Program-made: the position numbers and the translations under genes | Part shown: positions 37,331 through 49,608 of the stretch, piece by piece | Numbering within the stretch: the stretch's first letter is position 1 | Layout of the letters: each line of letters starts with the position of its first letter | DNA from: Utricularia gibba | Lineage: Eukaryota; Plantae; Magnoliophyta | Direction: 5' to 3' | NCBI GenBank assembly: GCA_002189035.1 | Contig: NEEC01000004.1 | Coordinates: 3,472,001 to 3,536,000, forward strand | Length of the DNA: 64,000 nucleotides | Notes under the pieces: generated by a model | Told to the model about the DNA's origin: nothing | Databases searched by the model: none | Seen by the model: only the letters and a program-made list of their open reading frames with translations

Positions 37331-40300
37331 AAATCCAAAATTATAATTAAATATCAATTAACATGATTTTGTAAAAGTAGCAGGCCGACATGATTTTAGA
37401 CTTTGAACAAATTCAGTCGCATTCCTACGGCCACAAAGTTATCGGGACCAATTGAAGGCCTATGGATGGAATGGGGTAGTTAGCGTTCTAGCATCTTGCA
37501 TATTGTGAGGAACTAGTGAGACCCCCTCAGGCCACATTCCTTAGTTTCGGCTAACTTACTAAAAAAAAAAATGTCAGGCCCCCCATTATACTAGCTCATA
37601 GCTTTACCTCTACCTTCTAGAATTGGCCATCTTCCCAAATAGGAAAGAAGGTCTCTCGTAAATCATGTCTTTCACTAATTGGGATATTACTGAAGTCCAG
37701 AAATAGCGCAACTTGACACAGAAAATGAAAATGAATCAAAGAAAGGCATCCCCCGCTGCTTCTCTTTTGAAAGCCTTAACCACTAAAGAAGAGACTTGCG
37801 AGCCTCTCTTATTTAGGGATATTCCTTATTTAAAAACTGAAATAAACAAAAAAACAGAACTAAAATGATAGATCTTGAGTAAAAAGAATGTTCTTAGTAA
37901 TGGAATCCAATTTCATGTTTATCTTGGTCTCCACCGTGTCTCTATTTTCTTTCAAATAAACAATTATAAGACTAAATAACTACCTGTACTTGTATTCTTA
38001 TACACGAATGATGAAGCAATTAAGAGAAAAAAGCCTTCCATTCCCTTCCAACCAAATTCTACACGTGTTAGAGTGTTTTCAATAATGAAATGATATAGAT
38101 ATGAGGTTACTATTTATTCACTTAATAAAGTACCTTAGTTATAGACAAATCATTACCTCTACTAACCCAAATGATTAAGAGAGACTCTTTTTCATCTTAC
38201 TTTGAATCAAAATCTGTAAGTACACTTGAACCTTAACAAGCAGATGTTGCAAAATCAATACAACTTGTAGACATAGAAATATGTGAAACATGAAATAAAT
38301 CTAGAGATATGTGACATTTGTACTCAAAATGTCAAACAAAACTCAATTCAACCTAGAAATAAGTTGCCTAGCTCTGAGTGACAATTGCAAAGTGGGAATC
38401 CAAAATGAAATCAAGTTCACTCCCTCCTCCGACAAATGGAGAAACGAAGAATAAACGCTGGTTTCCAATTACTTTTTTAAGTTCTAAAAGTGGTCCCCTT
38501 TGACAAATGTCACAAAAGTGTCGAACACCCTGTCACCTCCCATCAATTCCCATTCCCAAGAAACTTGAAGCATAAAAGAAAAGTGTTCATGCTTGTTCTT
38601 CTTACCTGGGTCAAATTTTATCATATTTGTGATATTTTCAATATTAGGCTAAGTGATTATACAAATTAGAATAGTAAAATGCCTAAATTAATATTAGTGA
38701 ATTTATTTTCAGTAAAAATATGATTTGGGCCCATTTTATTTTAATCCAAAGGCTGGGTGATATTATTATTATTCCAAAGCCAAGTACGTCCACCCCATTT
38801 GGGCTGGACTGCATAATCTGACCAATCTACAAAATCATTATTAGTCCTTAGGTAAAATGAGGATTGTATATCTGCATGTGCACAGGGGAGATGAGAGAAT
38901 CTGGCAGAAAAGAAGGAAGTGAGCCTTGTCATGGCATGCATGGGAGATGAGAGGTAGGAGTGAGTGGAGAGAGAAGAGAGAATTCTGCATATTGGAGATA
39001 TTTTTTGACAATTTTTCAAACAACCTTCAACAAAGAAGATGAAGGAAGTAAGTTCCAGTGTGACACTAGAACTAATATCCAATATCCAGAACAGTGCAAA
39101 GACTATGTCCAACAATAGAGAAGCTCGAGAAACGGCAATGAGAAGACACAAGAGCAAGAACTAAATTGGAGCATTAAGCAATCTTTTTACTTTCCTGTAC
39201 AACTTAATTTCTTCATTTGACTTCATGAACTTGCGTACTTTTTTTACATTTCATGTTTGAATGTCTTCATCTATTTATCATGTTTACTTTATCATTTTCG
39301 TTACTATTTTCATGTGCAAACCTAAAATGAGAAAATTGAAGATGCTTTTAATCCATTCCAACATAGTTTAATCTCAAATTAAGTTAAATGACCAATATGT
39401 GTTGCATGCAATGCTGATTTACAAGTTTGTTCTCAGTTTTTTAGTTTAGAAGCCAGCCAAAGAATTTTTTTTAATTTAGAGTAGAAAGCCACTTCCAAAT
39501 AAACACCCTATTTAATCCAATTTATGCATAGGAACAACAACTAAAAACTATTTGTTCTCTATGAATCAACTTGCACTTATTACTACTCCATTAGTGTTGT
39601 GGCTAGCAATCGGTATTGCGAAGAGGATCAGTTAATGTAAATTGGATTTATATGGGTTTTGATCTATGGATACTGCAAGCATCATGTTCGGCAAATCAAA
39701 GAGGCTGAATGATGGCCCATGAAATCAATAAGTGCCATGTGGAGGTAACCATAGAAGAAATGTACAAATCGGCTAAGAGTGGGATGTCAGAATCAGTTTT
39801 TCTCAGATAATATCAATTGAGAAAAAGGAAAATAGCCTTTTTCAAATTCTTTTTCTATATGAATTGATTATGCTTTTGATTCTATTATTCTCCCAATTCC
39901 ACCATGAATTAAATAAATCATGGTTGAAAAATGAATTTTGAGTCACATGGCGCTTTACCTAATCAGATAAAAAAATATCAATAAAATCAATTTTATCTAC
40001 TACTACTAGTTGTATTAGAAAAATGGTCAAAACTATGTAAAAAATTTGATCATTATACATATTTTTTTTAATTGAATGAGTGTGAGAAAAATATGAGATG
40101 ACCACTTTGCTGAATGATCCAACAAAAAGTGGCTAAAGAGAACTTGGTGGAAGTGGATTACATGGATAAGGCAAGCACAACTAAAGATGTTGCAAGGTTT
40201 TTCGAGTTTAAACTGAACACAAGAAAGAGTCCAATCGTTTGTCTCTATACAGCTCAGATGTGGATGTTTTCATTCAAAGCTTGGAGTCTGAAGGGTCAAA

Positions 40301-40544
40301 TATACAGAACAAAAAGAAGGACCAACCAAAAAACGAAGTAAAAGTGAATAACAACACTAACCAATCCTTAGGGATTCATGAAAGCTCTATGGAACAGAAC
40401 GATAGCTCTTGGAAGAATACAAGGGCAAAAGGAACCATTATGATAGGTAAAGTGCCTTGATGTCTATAGTTAGAAGTAATTCGACTTTTGCTTCTTGTCC
40501 GTTCACTAGTTGCAAAGTTCAATTTTATGATAAAAGAGTGCAAC

Positions 40545-43500
40545 TGTTAGGTTCTTAGATTTCAAACAAGTGATAGGCCTCAGTTTCAGTAGAGGATAAT
40601 GAAATGAATTAAGAACAGAACTAACGAGGTCTCAACAAAAAGGGGGAAGCAGGGAAAATAGAAATGGAACAAGAGGCGGCCTCTAGGCGCTGCTCCTCCA
40701 AGCCTTCGGGCTTTGTTCTGAGTTCTTCCCTACTAAAGCAGTGGCAGCAGGGTGTCTTCCTTTAGTTGACAAAAATTGGGTTGGGCTTGCCTCTTCTCTG
40801 ATAGGTAAGGGGCTCGGTCCAAGGGTTGAGGTCCATATTAACCCCTTGGTGCCTCAAATGTGAAGCAGCGGCGTCCACAAAGGATGGGAAGGAGTTAAGG
40901 AACACTAAGATATGCTCCCACGTGGTTTCTTGGGTGGGATATCCCCTCCACTACACCAAGAGTGAAGTCTGGAAGCCTTGGCGCCGGGCATCTAGAATGG
41001 CTTCTAGGAAAAAGACATCAGGGGCGTTCATCGGAGGTGAGGCTTCGGGAGGTGTACCTGAAAAATTCTTCAGCAAAGAAACATGAAAAACAGGGTGAAT
41101 GCGACTGCTAGGAGGTAATTGAAGTCGATAGGCAGCAGCACCGATGTGTTTCTCCACTTGGAAGGGGCCATGGAAGCGAGGGCCTAATTTTGATGGAGCT
41201 TGCTCTCTAACAGTCACTTGGCGGAGGTGGCGAAGACGGAGCCAGACCTAGTCTCCGAGCGCAAAAGTGACAGCACGGTGATGTTGATCATGGTAAGCTT
41301 TCATTCGCTCCTGGGCTGCCTTAAGATGGTCTCGTAGGGTGATTAACATGTTAGATCTCCTATGCACCAACGTATCCAAGTCGATAGAGGTAGCTTCAGC
41401 AGGATGATACTGTCAAATGGTTGGGGGAGGCCTTCCATAGACAGCTTCAAAGAGGGAAATGCGGATGGAGGAGTGGTAGTTGGAGTTGTATGCATATTCT
41501 ACCCAAGATAACCATGAGTACCAATCATGTGGGTGATGGCCAGAAGAGTTCTTGCCAGAATTGACTAGTGAAAATGGGATCCCGGTCGCTGATAATGTCT
41601 TGAGGAACACCGTGTAGTTTAAAAACATTATTAAAGAAGGCCCTGGCTGCCTTCTTAGCTGTAAGAGCTCGCCTCAAGGGAATAAAATGAGCATATTTTG
41701 AGAGCCTATCAATCACCACCATAATTGTAGAATAACCTTGAGACTGCGGTAGTGCCACAATGAAATCCATAGATAAGCTTGACCAGATTGAAGAGGGAAT
41801 AGGAAGGGGTTGTAGGAGATCGGCAAGTTGTAAAGTTTCAACCTTATTCCTTTGGCAGTTGATGCATGCTTTAACAACCTCAATCACAGTCCTCTTCATG
41901 CCACACCAATAATAGTCCTGTTTGAGCCTCTAAAGTGTCTTGCTAATACCCTCGTGATATAAGTTATGCACCTGAGACACCAAGGTAGGAATTAATTCTG
42001 ATTGAACTAACTTTCAATGGGGCACATTCTGAAACTGAGAGATGAAATCTAGGTATCTCTGTTGTTCTTCTCATGCCAACTGTAAAACATCGGGAATAAT
42101 GAGAGAGAGTGTAGCAGCGCTCGGGAACACCACACTTCCGAGATAGGGCGTCAGCCACCCTGTTGGTTTTTTCGGCTTTGTATTCGATGGTGAAGGAGTA
42201 CCCCATGAGTTTGGCCACCCAATGTTGCTGCAGTAGCGTATACAACTACTAATCAAGGAGATACTTCAGAGGGCAATGATTGGTTCACACAATAAATGTT
42301 GTCCCCAGGAGATATGATCGCCATTGGTGGACTGCTTTTGCAAGGGCAATGAGCTCCTTCTCGTAGGCTGGTAACCGTCGCTGGCTTAATAACGAATGCC
42401 TAAATATTGGATGGTCATCTTGCATTAAGACAGCCCCTAGTCCAGTGTTTGATGTATCACACTCAATAACGAATGCCTAAATAAAATCAGGAAGTGTTAA
42501 GATAGGTGTCGTAACAAGAAGCTCCTTCAATCGTGAGAAGGCTTGAGTTGCCTCCGGGACTCCAAACAAAACTGTTTCGGCGTAGCAATGCTGTGAGAGG
42601 GGCCGTCATTAGACCATAGTCTTTGATGAAACTCCAATAATAGCTGGCCACACCGAGGAATGATTTTAGTTTGGTTGGGTCTTGGGGAAACGCCCATGAT
42701 CTAACCGCTTCTAGCTTGGCAAGATCTGTCTCAACACCTCTAGCAAAAACAATATGTCCCAAATATTTTACCTCAAACTTCAAGAAAGAACACTTCGGGC
42801 CTTTCAGATAAAGCTGGCTTTCCTTCAATCGTTGGAACACTATCTCTAAGTGTGTCAGGTGCTCCGAGAAGGTAAGACTGTACACGAGAATGTCGTCAAA
42901 GTAGACCAGGGCAAACTTCCTCATCATGTCATGGAATACTTCATTCATCAGCCATTGGAAGGTGGAGGGTGCGTTAACTAAATCATAAGGCATCACAAGA
43001 TACTCAAAATGTCCAGCATGAGTACATATGGCAATCTTCTCAATAGAATCATGTGCCATTCGGACTTGGTTGAATCCTATACAGAGATCAAGTTTGGAGA
43101 AATACTTCGTTCCCCCAAGCTCTTCCAAGAGTTATTCAATAATGGGGATAGGGAATTTGACCAAGACAGTGAAGCAAACGGGGAGGAGGAAGGTCTGATG
43201 ATTCCCTTGGTTATCATTTCTTGACATTGTTTGTCAATTTCCAACTTCATGTGGTAAGTAGTCCGATAAGGTCGGAGGGCTACTAGTGAGGCTCCAGGTT
43301 CAATGAGGATCCAGTGGTCACAAGCACATGAAGGGGGCAGTGTCTTAGGCTTTTGGAAAATATGATCATACTATTGCACCAATTCAGTGATGAGATTTAG
43401 GGAGAAACAAGAGGGCTTTGGGGGGATTTTGCCGAATGCCCATAAGTGTGTACTTCTTTCGTCATCTGCTTGGTTTGAAAGTTCAAGGTCACTTCCCCAA

Positions 43501-45133
43501 GCTTCATCAGCCACTTAATGTCATAATGTAGTTTGCCAATAACTGAGGAATCATATTTCTCCTAGAACTCTCCTAATTGTAGGTTGACGTCTTCCACTCC
43601 CTCAGAGGAGGTGATTTTGGTTTCCTCGGTGGCCAGCCGAATAGAATGCCTTGTTCTGGGTAAGATGTTAAGACCCAGGGCAGCAGTGGTTTCCCGCTTG
43701 ATGAAGTTATGAGTGCTGCCCGTATCCATGAGGATGAAGACCATGTGGTTGTTAATATTTCCTTCAACAACTAGTTGTTTAGGTTCAACAGTGCCAATTC
43801 TGGGGCCGACAACCGCATTAATTGATAATAGCGGCTCTTCCTCCACGATCTCGACTTCAGCAGGGGGTTCATCATATACTATGATATAGAAATGTTGTTT
43901 ACATTGGTGACCAGGATGGCATTACTCATCACAGTGGAAGCATAAATTGAGTCGATGGCGTTCAGCAACTTCTTTGCTCGACATCTTCCTTTTAACCGGC
44001 AATTCAGGGGGAGGAGTGGCCCGAGAGAGTGGTTTCTTGGTAGATTTCTCCACAGGGCATGATTGAGAGACCTCAGGCTAATGCCATCGCTTCATTTAGA
44101 GATGTGGGTTTTAGACGTCCCACTTCTTTACATAACGGTTCCAGTAAGCCATGGATATAGACTTTCATGAGATCGGATTCGTCGACGGAGCTCATGAGAG
44201 ATGCTGTCTTCTCAAAGGATAAATTATAGGTATTCAAGTCACCCGAACGATTCTGGATTTGTAGGAGATCCCTTAACTCTAAAGAAGCAGTAGCGTCGGA
44301 AAAACGTTGGATGCAAGCACTTTGGAATTCTGACCAGGAGACATTGGGGTTGTGGCGCGAGAGCATCATATACCATGCCTGTGTCCTGCCTGATAAATGA
44401 CAGGGGATATACGCCATTTTGCATTGCTCTGGGATCTCATGGAGTTGAAAGATGAAATCACGACTTAGCTAAGAGATAGGGTCAGAGGTTCCGTCAAAAT
44501 CAGGGAGCTCCACTTTTTCCTGGGCAATAGGGACGGTAGTGTTAGCAAGGGAGGGGCTCCTGCTTGGGGAATGACATTTCCGGCCAGCATACTAGTGAAA
44601 GAGAGAGGGGGTCGGGTGAGGGTTGAGTCTGTTGGACCATAATCATCTTCAACTTTGCCGACATGTCAGCCATTAAAGCTCTCAAGACCGATGAGCTTTT
44701 TTCAACGCGAGTCTCAAGATCATTCAGACGCCCACCCAGTTGTCGGATGATAGTTGCCTCATCAGAAACAGTAACACCATCGTGTGTGTGCACCATAGTG
44801 TAGTTTCTAGATGAGTGTCCTTCCTCTAGTGCCAATGATGTTAGGTTCTTAGATTACGAACGAGTGATAGGCCCCAGTTTCAATAGAGGATAAAGAAACG
44901 AGTTAAGAACAGAGCTAACGAGGTCTCAACAAAAAGGGGAAGCAGGGAAAATAGAAATGGAATAGGAGGCGGCCTCCAGGCGCTGCTCCTCCAAGCCTCC
45001 GGGCTCTGTTCTGAGTTCTTCCCTACCGAAGTAGTGGCAATAGGGTGTCTTACTTTAGTTGACACCAATTGGGTTGGGCTTGCCTCTTCTCTGATAGGTA
45101 AGGGGCTCAGTTCGAGGGTTGAGGTTCATATCA
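40545..45133 (-). mobile_element. Chromovirus (Reina-like) Ty3/Gypsy element, structurally complete but pseudogenised, 4589 bp
   Basis: LTRs 40545-40840 and 44839-45133, perfect TSD GCAAC. Gag (44073-44417), protease ILMDTGSTHNF, RT YFSKLDL...MPYDL...YFDDILVYS, RNase H, integrase SMDFIVALP, GPF...IHPVFHVSLLK, chromodomain LEAILD...WRGY...TTWE. Stops and frameshifts throughout. Confidence 0.93.
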
Positions 45134-45138
45134 GCAAC

Positions 45139-47288
45139 TACTAGTAAGTCGAAGAAGTGGAAAGAGATAATAGAATAATTTAAGACTCTTCCCTGACCAA
45201 GTGACATCGCTGCATTGCCTTAGTTTTATTTTTATTTTTATTTTTATTTTTAGGGTGTTAGTTTAAGTTAGGAGTAATTTAGTAGTTCGGTACTAGGATC
45301 AGGAGAATTTTGCAAGCTATTTGAGGAATTTTCATATGCATGCGTGATGCTTTTCATGAAGTACATGATGCATGAATGTTGCTTTAACCATTTATACACA
45401 TGTGAGCTTGACTTTTAACCTGCTTATCTTCGTGAGGTAGCAACATGTGTGATGGATTCTGATTTGTGCAATCAAGATTTTTTGTGTGCAAACTGACACA
45501 TTTGGTTCTTTCATGGATACTGGTGGTCGAAAGTCTTATAGAGAGATGAAAAAAAAAAGAAAAAAAAAGAGGGGGTCAGAAAAGCATCATCATAAGAAAA
45601 GCGATGAGACCCCATGTCTTGAAAAAGCAACCCATAATTAAAAAGCGTGTGTAGACAACAGAGTAAAGAGAGAATGGAGGTTACTAGAATGACTCAGGGG
45701 AGTAGGAAACCCTAAGGAGGAATAAGGAGAGGAGTGCTTAGCCCACACTCCATATACAAAGGAGGGGAGCGAAAATTGCCTGAGTTGAGCTTGGAACCTT
45801 CCCTACTCTTGATCTCTATACAAAAAAAAAAAAAAAAAGTGAAGAGAGGAAGAAATGAAAAGAGACTACCAGTACCCCTTTGAAAGTCTAATTGTGTCAT
45901 GTTAGTTTATTTAATCTTTGAAGGCACTTATTTTGATGAAATTCACATGTGTGCTTGAGTGATTACCCGTCTTGCACACTAGCACTCTTTAAATTCTTGC
46001 ATTCTGAACCTAAATGTCAAGTCTCTGCATGGCTGTTGGAAATCTCTCAATTGTTAGCTCCTGTTAGTCTTAGTTAGGACTTGAGAACAAGTCTAGTGTC
46101 GTTGTAGTATAATGTGATAACACATATTTTTGAGTGATTGAGTTCATGGAAAAGATTCATATTGTGCTACAAAAATTTTGTTTTACTATCTAGTTTTATA
46201 TTTTTACGCATAAGTACCGTAATTGTGTTATTTTAGTTTTAATTGGGACTAAATCCTATGATTTAGTCCCAACCTTCTAATAGTTTTATTCGAGCAATGC
46301 AGTGCAGGTCGCAACACAAATACCAAGGAGCCGAATATGCACAATATAGTGGCAGAAGATGAGTCCAAAAGTCTGAAAAGGAGTACACACAAAATCCAAG
46401 GAAGAGGAAAAAGGGGGATTTTGGACAAAAGGAGGGAAAGTTGGAGAGAAAAACAGATCTCCCTATTGGAGACTCTCGAACAACTTTCTGGAGGAGGTTT
46501 CTGGAGGAAGACAAAGGAAGGGGACGACGAACTAGAAGAACATAGCTTTTCTTTGAAGATTTATTTTCGCTCTTGATGCTTATTATTCCTTGCTAAGACT
46601 ATATTTGGATTTACTGCGTGAACAAATTGTCTTTCCTACTTCTGCTATGTATTGCTCGTTGTTGTTTAGCTTTGAAACCAAAATGTTGCTTAGGATATGC
46701 TATGAAAATGTTTTCCTTTTCCTTTTCATGAGTAGCTAAGCACTTAGGGGGTGCCTTGGGGTGAAACGAGGAGAAATATGCTAATCCATCCTTAGACCTA
46801 ATAAACCATAAGTCACGCCACTTTCTTAACAAACCAGGATAGATCCAGGAGGGGGAAGTAGTGAAACCCAACTTAACAACCCTAATTAGAGGTAGACCAA
46901 AGATTAGGGGGAAAACAAGAATTCGGGTAGACCTAGATCTTGTGAGTTAGTTGTATAATTTATTATTTATGTGAGCTTTTTTAGTAATAGTCATACATTT
47001 CCTAGGAGTCCCAAAATATCACCCATTTCATTCCAGAAACAATTGTATACCAAAACTTATTATTTTTCTTTACTAAATTCCATCCTTAGTCCTAGTTAAA
47101 ATCAATTTTACCAACATGACACTAACTCCATGCATTGACCTTCACATAGCAAGCATCTAGTTTCTTGTGTTCGACCCTAGTCTACTATGCTCATATTTTT
47201 CGTATGACTTGATGTGAATTAGGTTTATAAATTTATTTGATAGGAGAAATTTGCAAATTAACGACATTGCATAATTTTTCGTTTATCA
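45139..47288 (+). mobile_element. 3' end of an Athila-like element: 3' non-coding region plus family A LTR 46115-47288
   Basis: TGATAACACATATTTTTG...TTTTCGTTTATCA, collinear with 3133-4269. Degenerate CTTGAGAACAAG PPT-adjacent motif upstream. No TSD, as expected for a 3' LTR attached to internal sequence. Confidence 0.75.
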
Positions 47289-47289
47289 A

Positions 47290-49323
47290 TATTATAGCAA
47301 GCTCTTGACTTTGACTTAACAATTATTGATAGTATATGAGAAGGAACTCATCGAGTTGATAAATACAATTCACCATTGGTGACATTACTTGTGGGGTAGA
47401 TATTTCACGGTTCGGATTGATCACCAGAGTTTGCGATTCCTTTAGAATTAGAAGCTTGTACACCTTTTCAATAGAAATGATTGGGAAAATTATTGGAGTT
47501 TGATTTTGATATAATATATATTCATGACTCCACAAATAAAGTGGTCTATGCTTTATCACATCATGCTCAAGACTCCCTCGAACTAACTGAATTATCTATG
47601 CTTCAAGTGAATTTAATTGAACGGATACAAGAGAGTTAGGAATTAAGGGTTCAAACTGGTAGATTGACTAGGGATTAATCTCTTTCAATCATAGGGTAAG
47701 GGTGCCAGAGGAATATGGAATAAGTCCAAAAACTATTGCAATATTACACAATACTTTTCATGAAGGATATATGAAGACAATTCGCCGAATCTCTACTGAG
47801 TTCTATTAGTCAAGAATGAAACTTCAAATTCGGAATTACATTAAGAATTGTATCACCTATCGCAACAAATCCAAATAGTTGAAACTGACAGGTTTATTAT
47901 AACCCTTGCCGGTTCCTTCTATGATTTTGGGCTGATGTATCCATAGACTTTATAGAATGTTTGCCTATATCTGAGCAAAAGCAAGTGATTTTGATAGTTG
48001 TGGATAGACTATCCAAGAATGTACACTTCATTGCTCTAACTCATCCATTTACGATTGCTAGTATTGCCAAGCTTTTATTTGAGGAGATTTTCAAACTTCG
48101 CAATCTTCCAGAGACCATTGTAAGTGATTAGGATAACATCTTCATTGGGACATTTCTATTTGGAACTATTAGTATTCTTGGGAATCAAACCGTGCTATTC
48201 AACAACATATCACCCTCAATCGGATGGTCAAACCAAGATTGTGAATAAGGCATTGGAAACATGTCTCTACTATTTCATTGAGGAGAAATCCACATCATGG
48301 GTAGACTGGCTTACGTAGGCAGAGAATGTGTATAATACAAGTATGCATACTAGTATGGGAATGACTCCCCTCAAGATTCTATATGGTCACCTTGTACCAA
48401 AATTATTTTGTATGAAAGAGATGCCTCTAGAATCACTGCTGTTGATTTGAAACTAAAGGCCAAGGATGATGTTTTGAATCTACTTAAGGATTGGCGACAT
48501 CAAAGTCAAAAGCTTATGAAGTATTATTATGATAGCAATTACCGTCCAACAGAATTCTAAGAAGAGGAGTTTGTATGGTTTTGGGTATGTATCAATTTTA
48601 AACATCGTATGATTACTAGTAAGAAACTCAATCACAAATTTTGTAGTCAATTCAAAATCTTGAAACACCTTGACAGCTTGACATATCATTTAGAATTGCC
48701 CACCAATAGTAAACTGCATTTGGTATTTAATGTAGGTTATCGTATGAAATTTTATGGGCCATATTAGAGACGATGACTCCTCTACCTGAATTTGAGATAG
48801 AAGAGGAGCCTCCCCTAGTGCCGCAAGCCATTATCGATACTCTTGAATTTGATGGCACTCATGAGATCTTGGTGCATTGGAAAGACTTCTCAACAAATGA
48901 CACTTCTTGGGAATCAAGGATAAATGGTTGGATTTAGTGGAATGAAGGTGGGATGTGATGAACTCACCATTGAACAAGGAACCTATATATTACCAAAGAA
49001 AATCTTGAGATCAATAGGAGTTGGGAAGTATTTGATATGTATTAAGATGTCTTGTGTTGTAAATTAGATGAATTATGTAATGATAGACTTATAAATTGGT
49101 TATGGGGCCTATCGGGCCCCTTTTTGTGTATGTGTATGGTTGACTATATGTATATACCACTTCTTTGTGAGGGAGTTTTTGCCTATTCCCAGTTTTAAAA
49201 CAATTCTTGAAAATGCTACTTTGAGTATTGTAATCTTACCATATTCATTTGATGATAAGTAATTGGAAGAAGGTTGTGTTCATGAAATTGATTACAGAGG
49301 AGTTCATGAATAGGTGCATTACA
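47290..49323 (+). mobile_element. Chromovirus 3' relic (RNase H end, integrase, chromodomain, probable 3' LTR from 48956)
   Basis: YEKEL...IDHQSL; SIDFIECLP...VVDRLSKNVHFIAL; YHPQSDGQTKIVNKALE; VPQAIID...EILVHWKD...TSWES; purine tract GAAGGTGGGATG before TGATGAAC. Confidence 0.75.
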
Positions 49324-49608
49324 TGAACTCAAGATTCTAATTCACAGGAGATTCATAACATACTCATATTTCTTTTATGATTGATTATGAATTACTTATA
49401 AATTTATTTGATACATGAAATTATATTTTATATGATATATACAAATTTTTTGTTTATCATGATTATGAAATGAAATGATTTTGACTTTTTAAAAAAATGC
49501 CACCATGAATAAGCTAACCACCTAATGCTTTCAAGAAAATGTAAACCAGTGCATCAAGTGAAGCGCAAAAAAAACAAGCAGCATATCCTCTGATTTCTAC
49601 ACGTCAAA

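Noticed and set aside
40100-40540. Gypsy RT/RNase H or Copia gag relic left of the Reina element
   Set aside because: Both readings are weak; probably host retroelement sequence but not assignable by eye.
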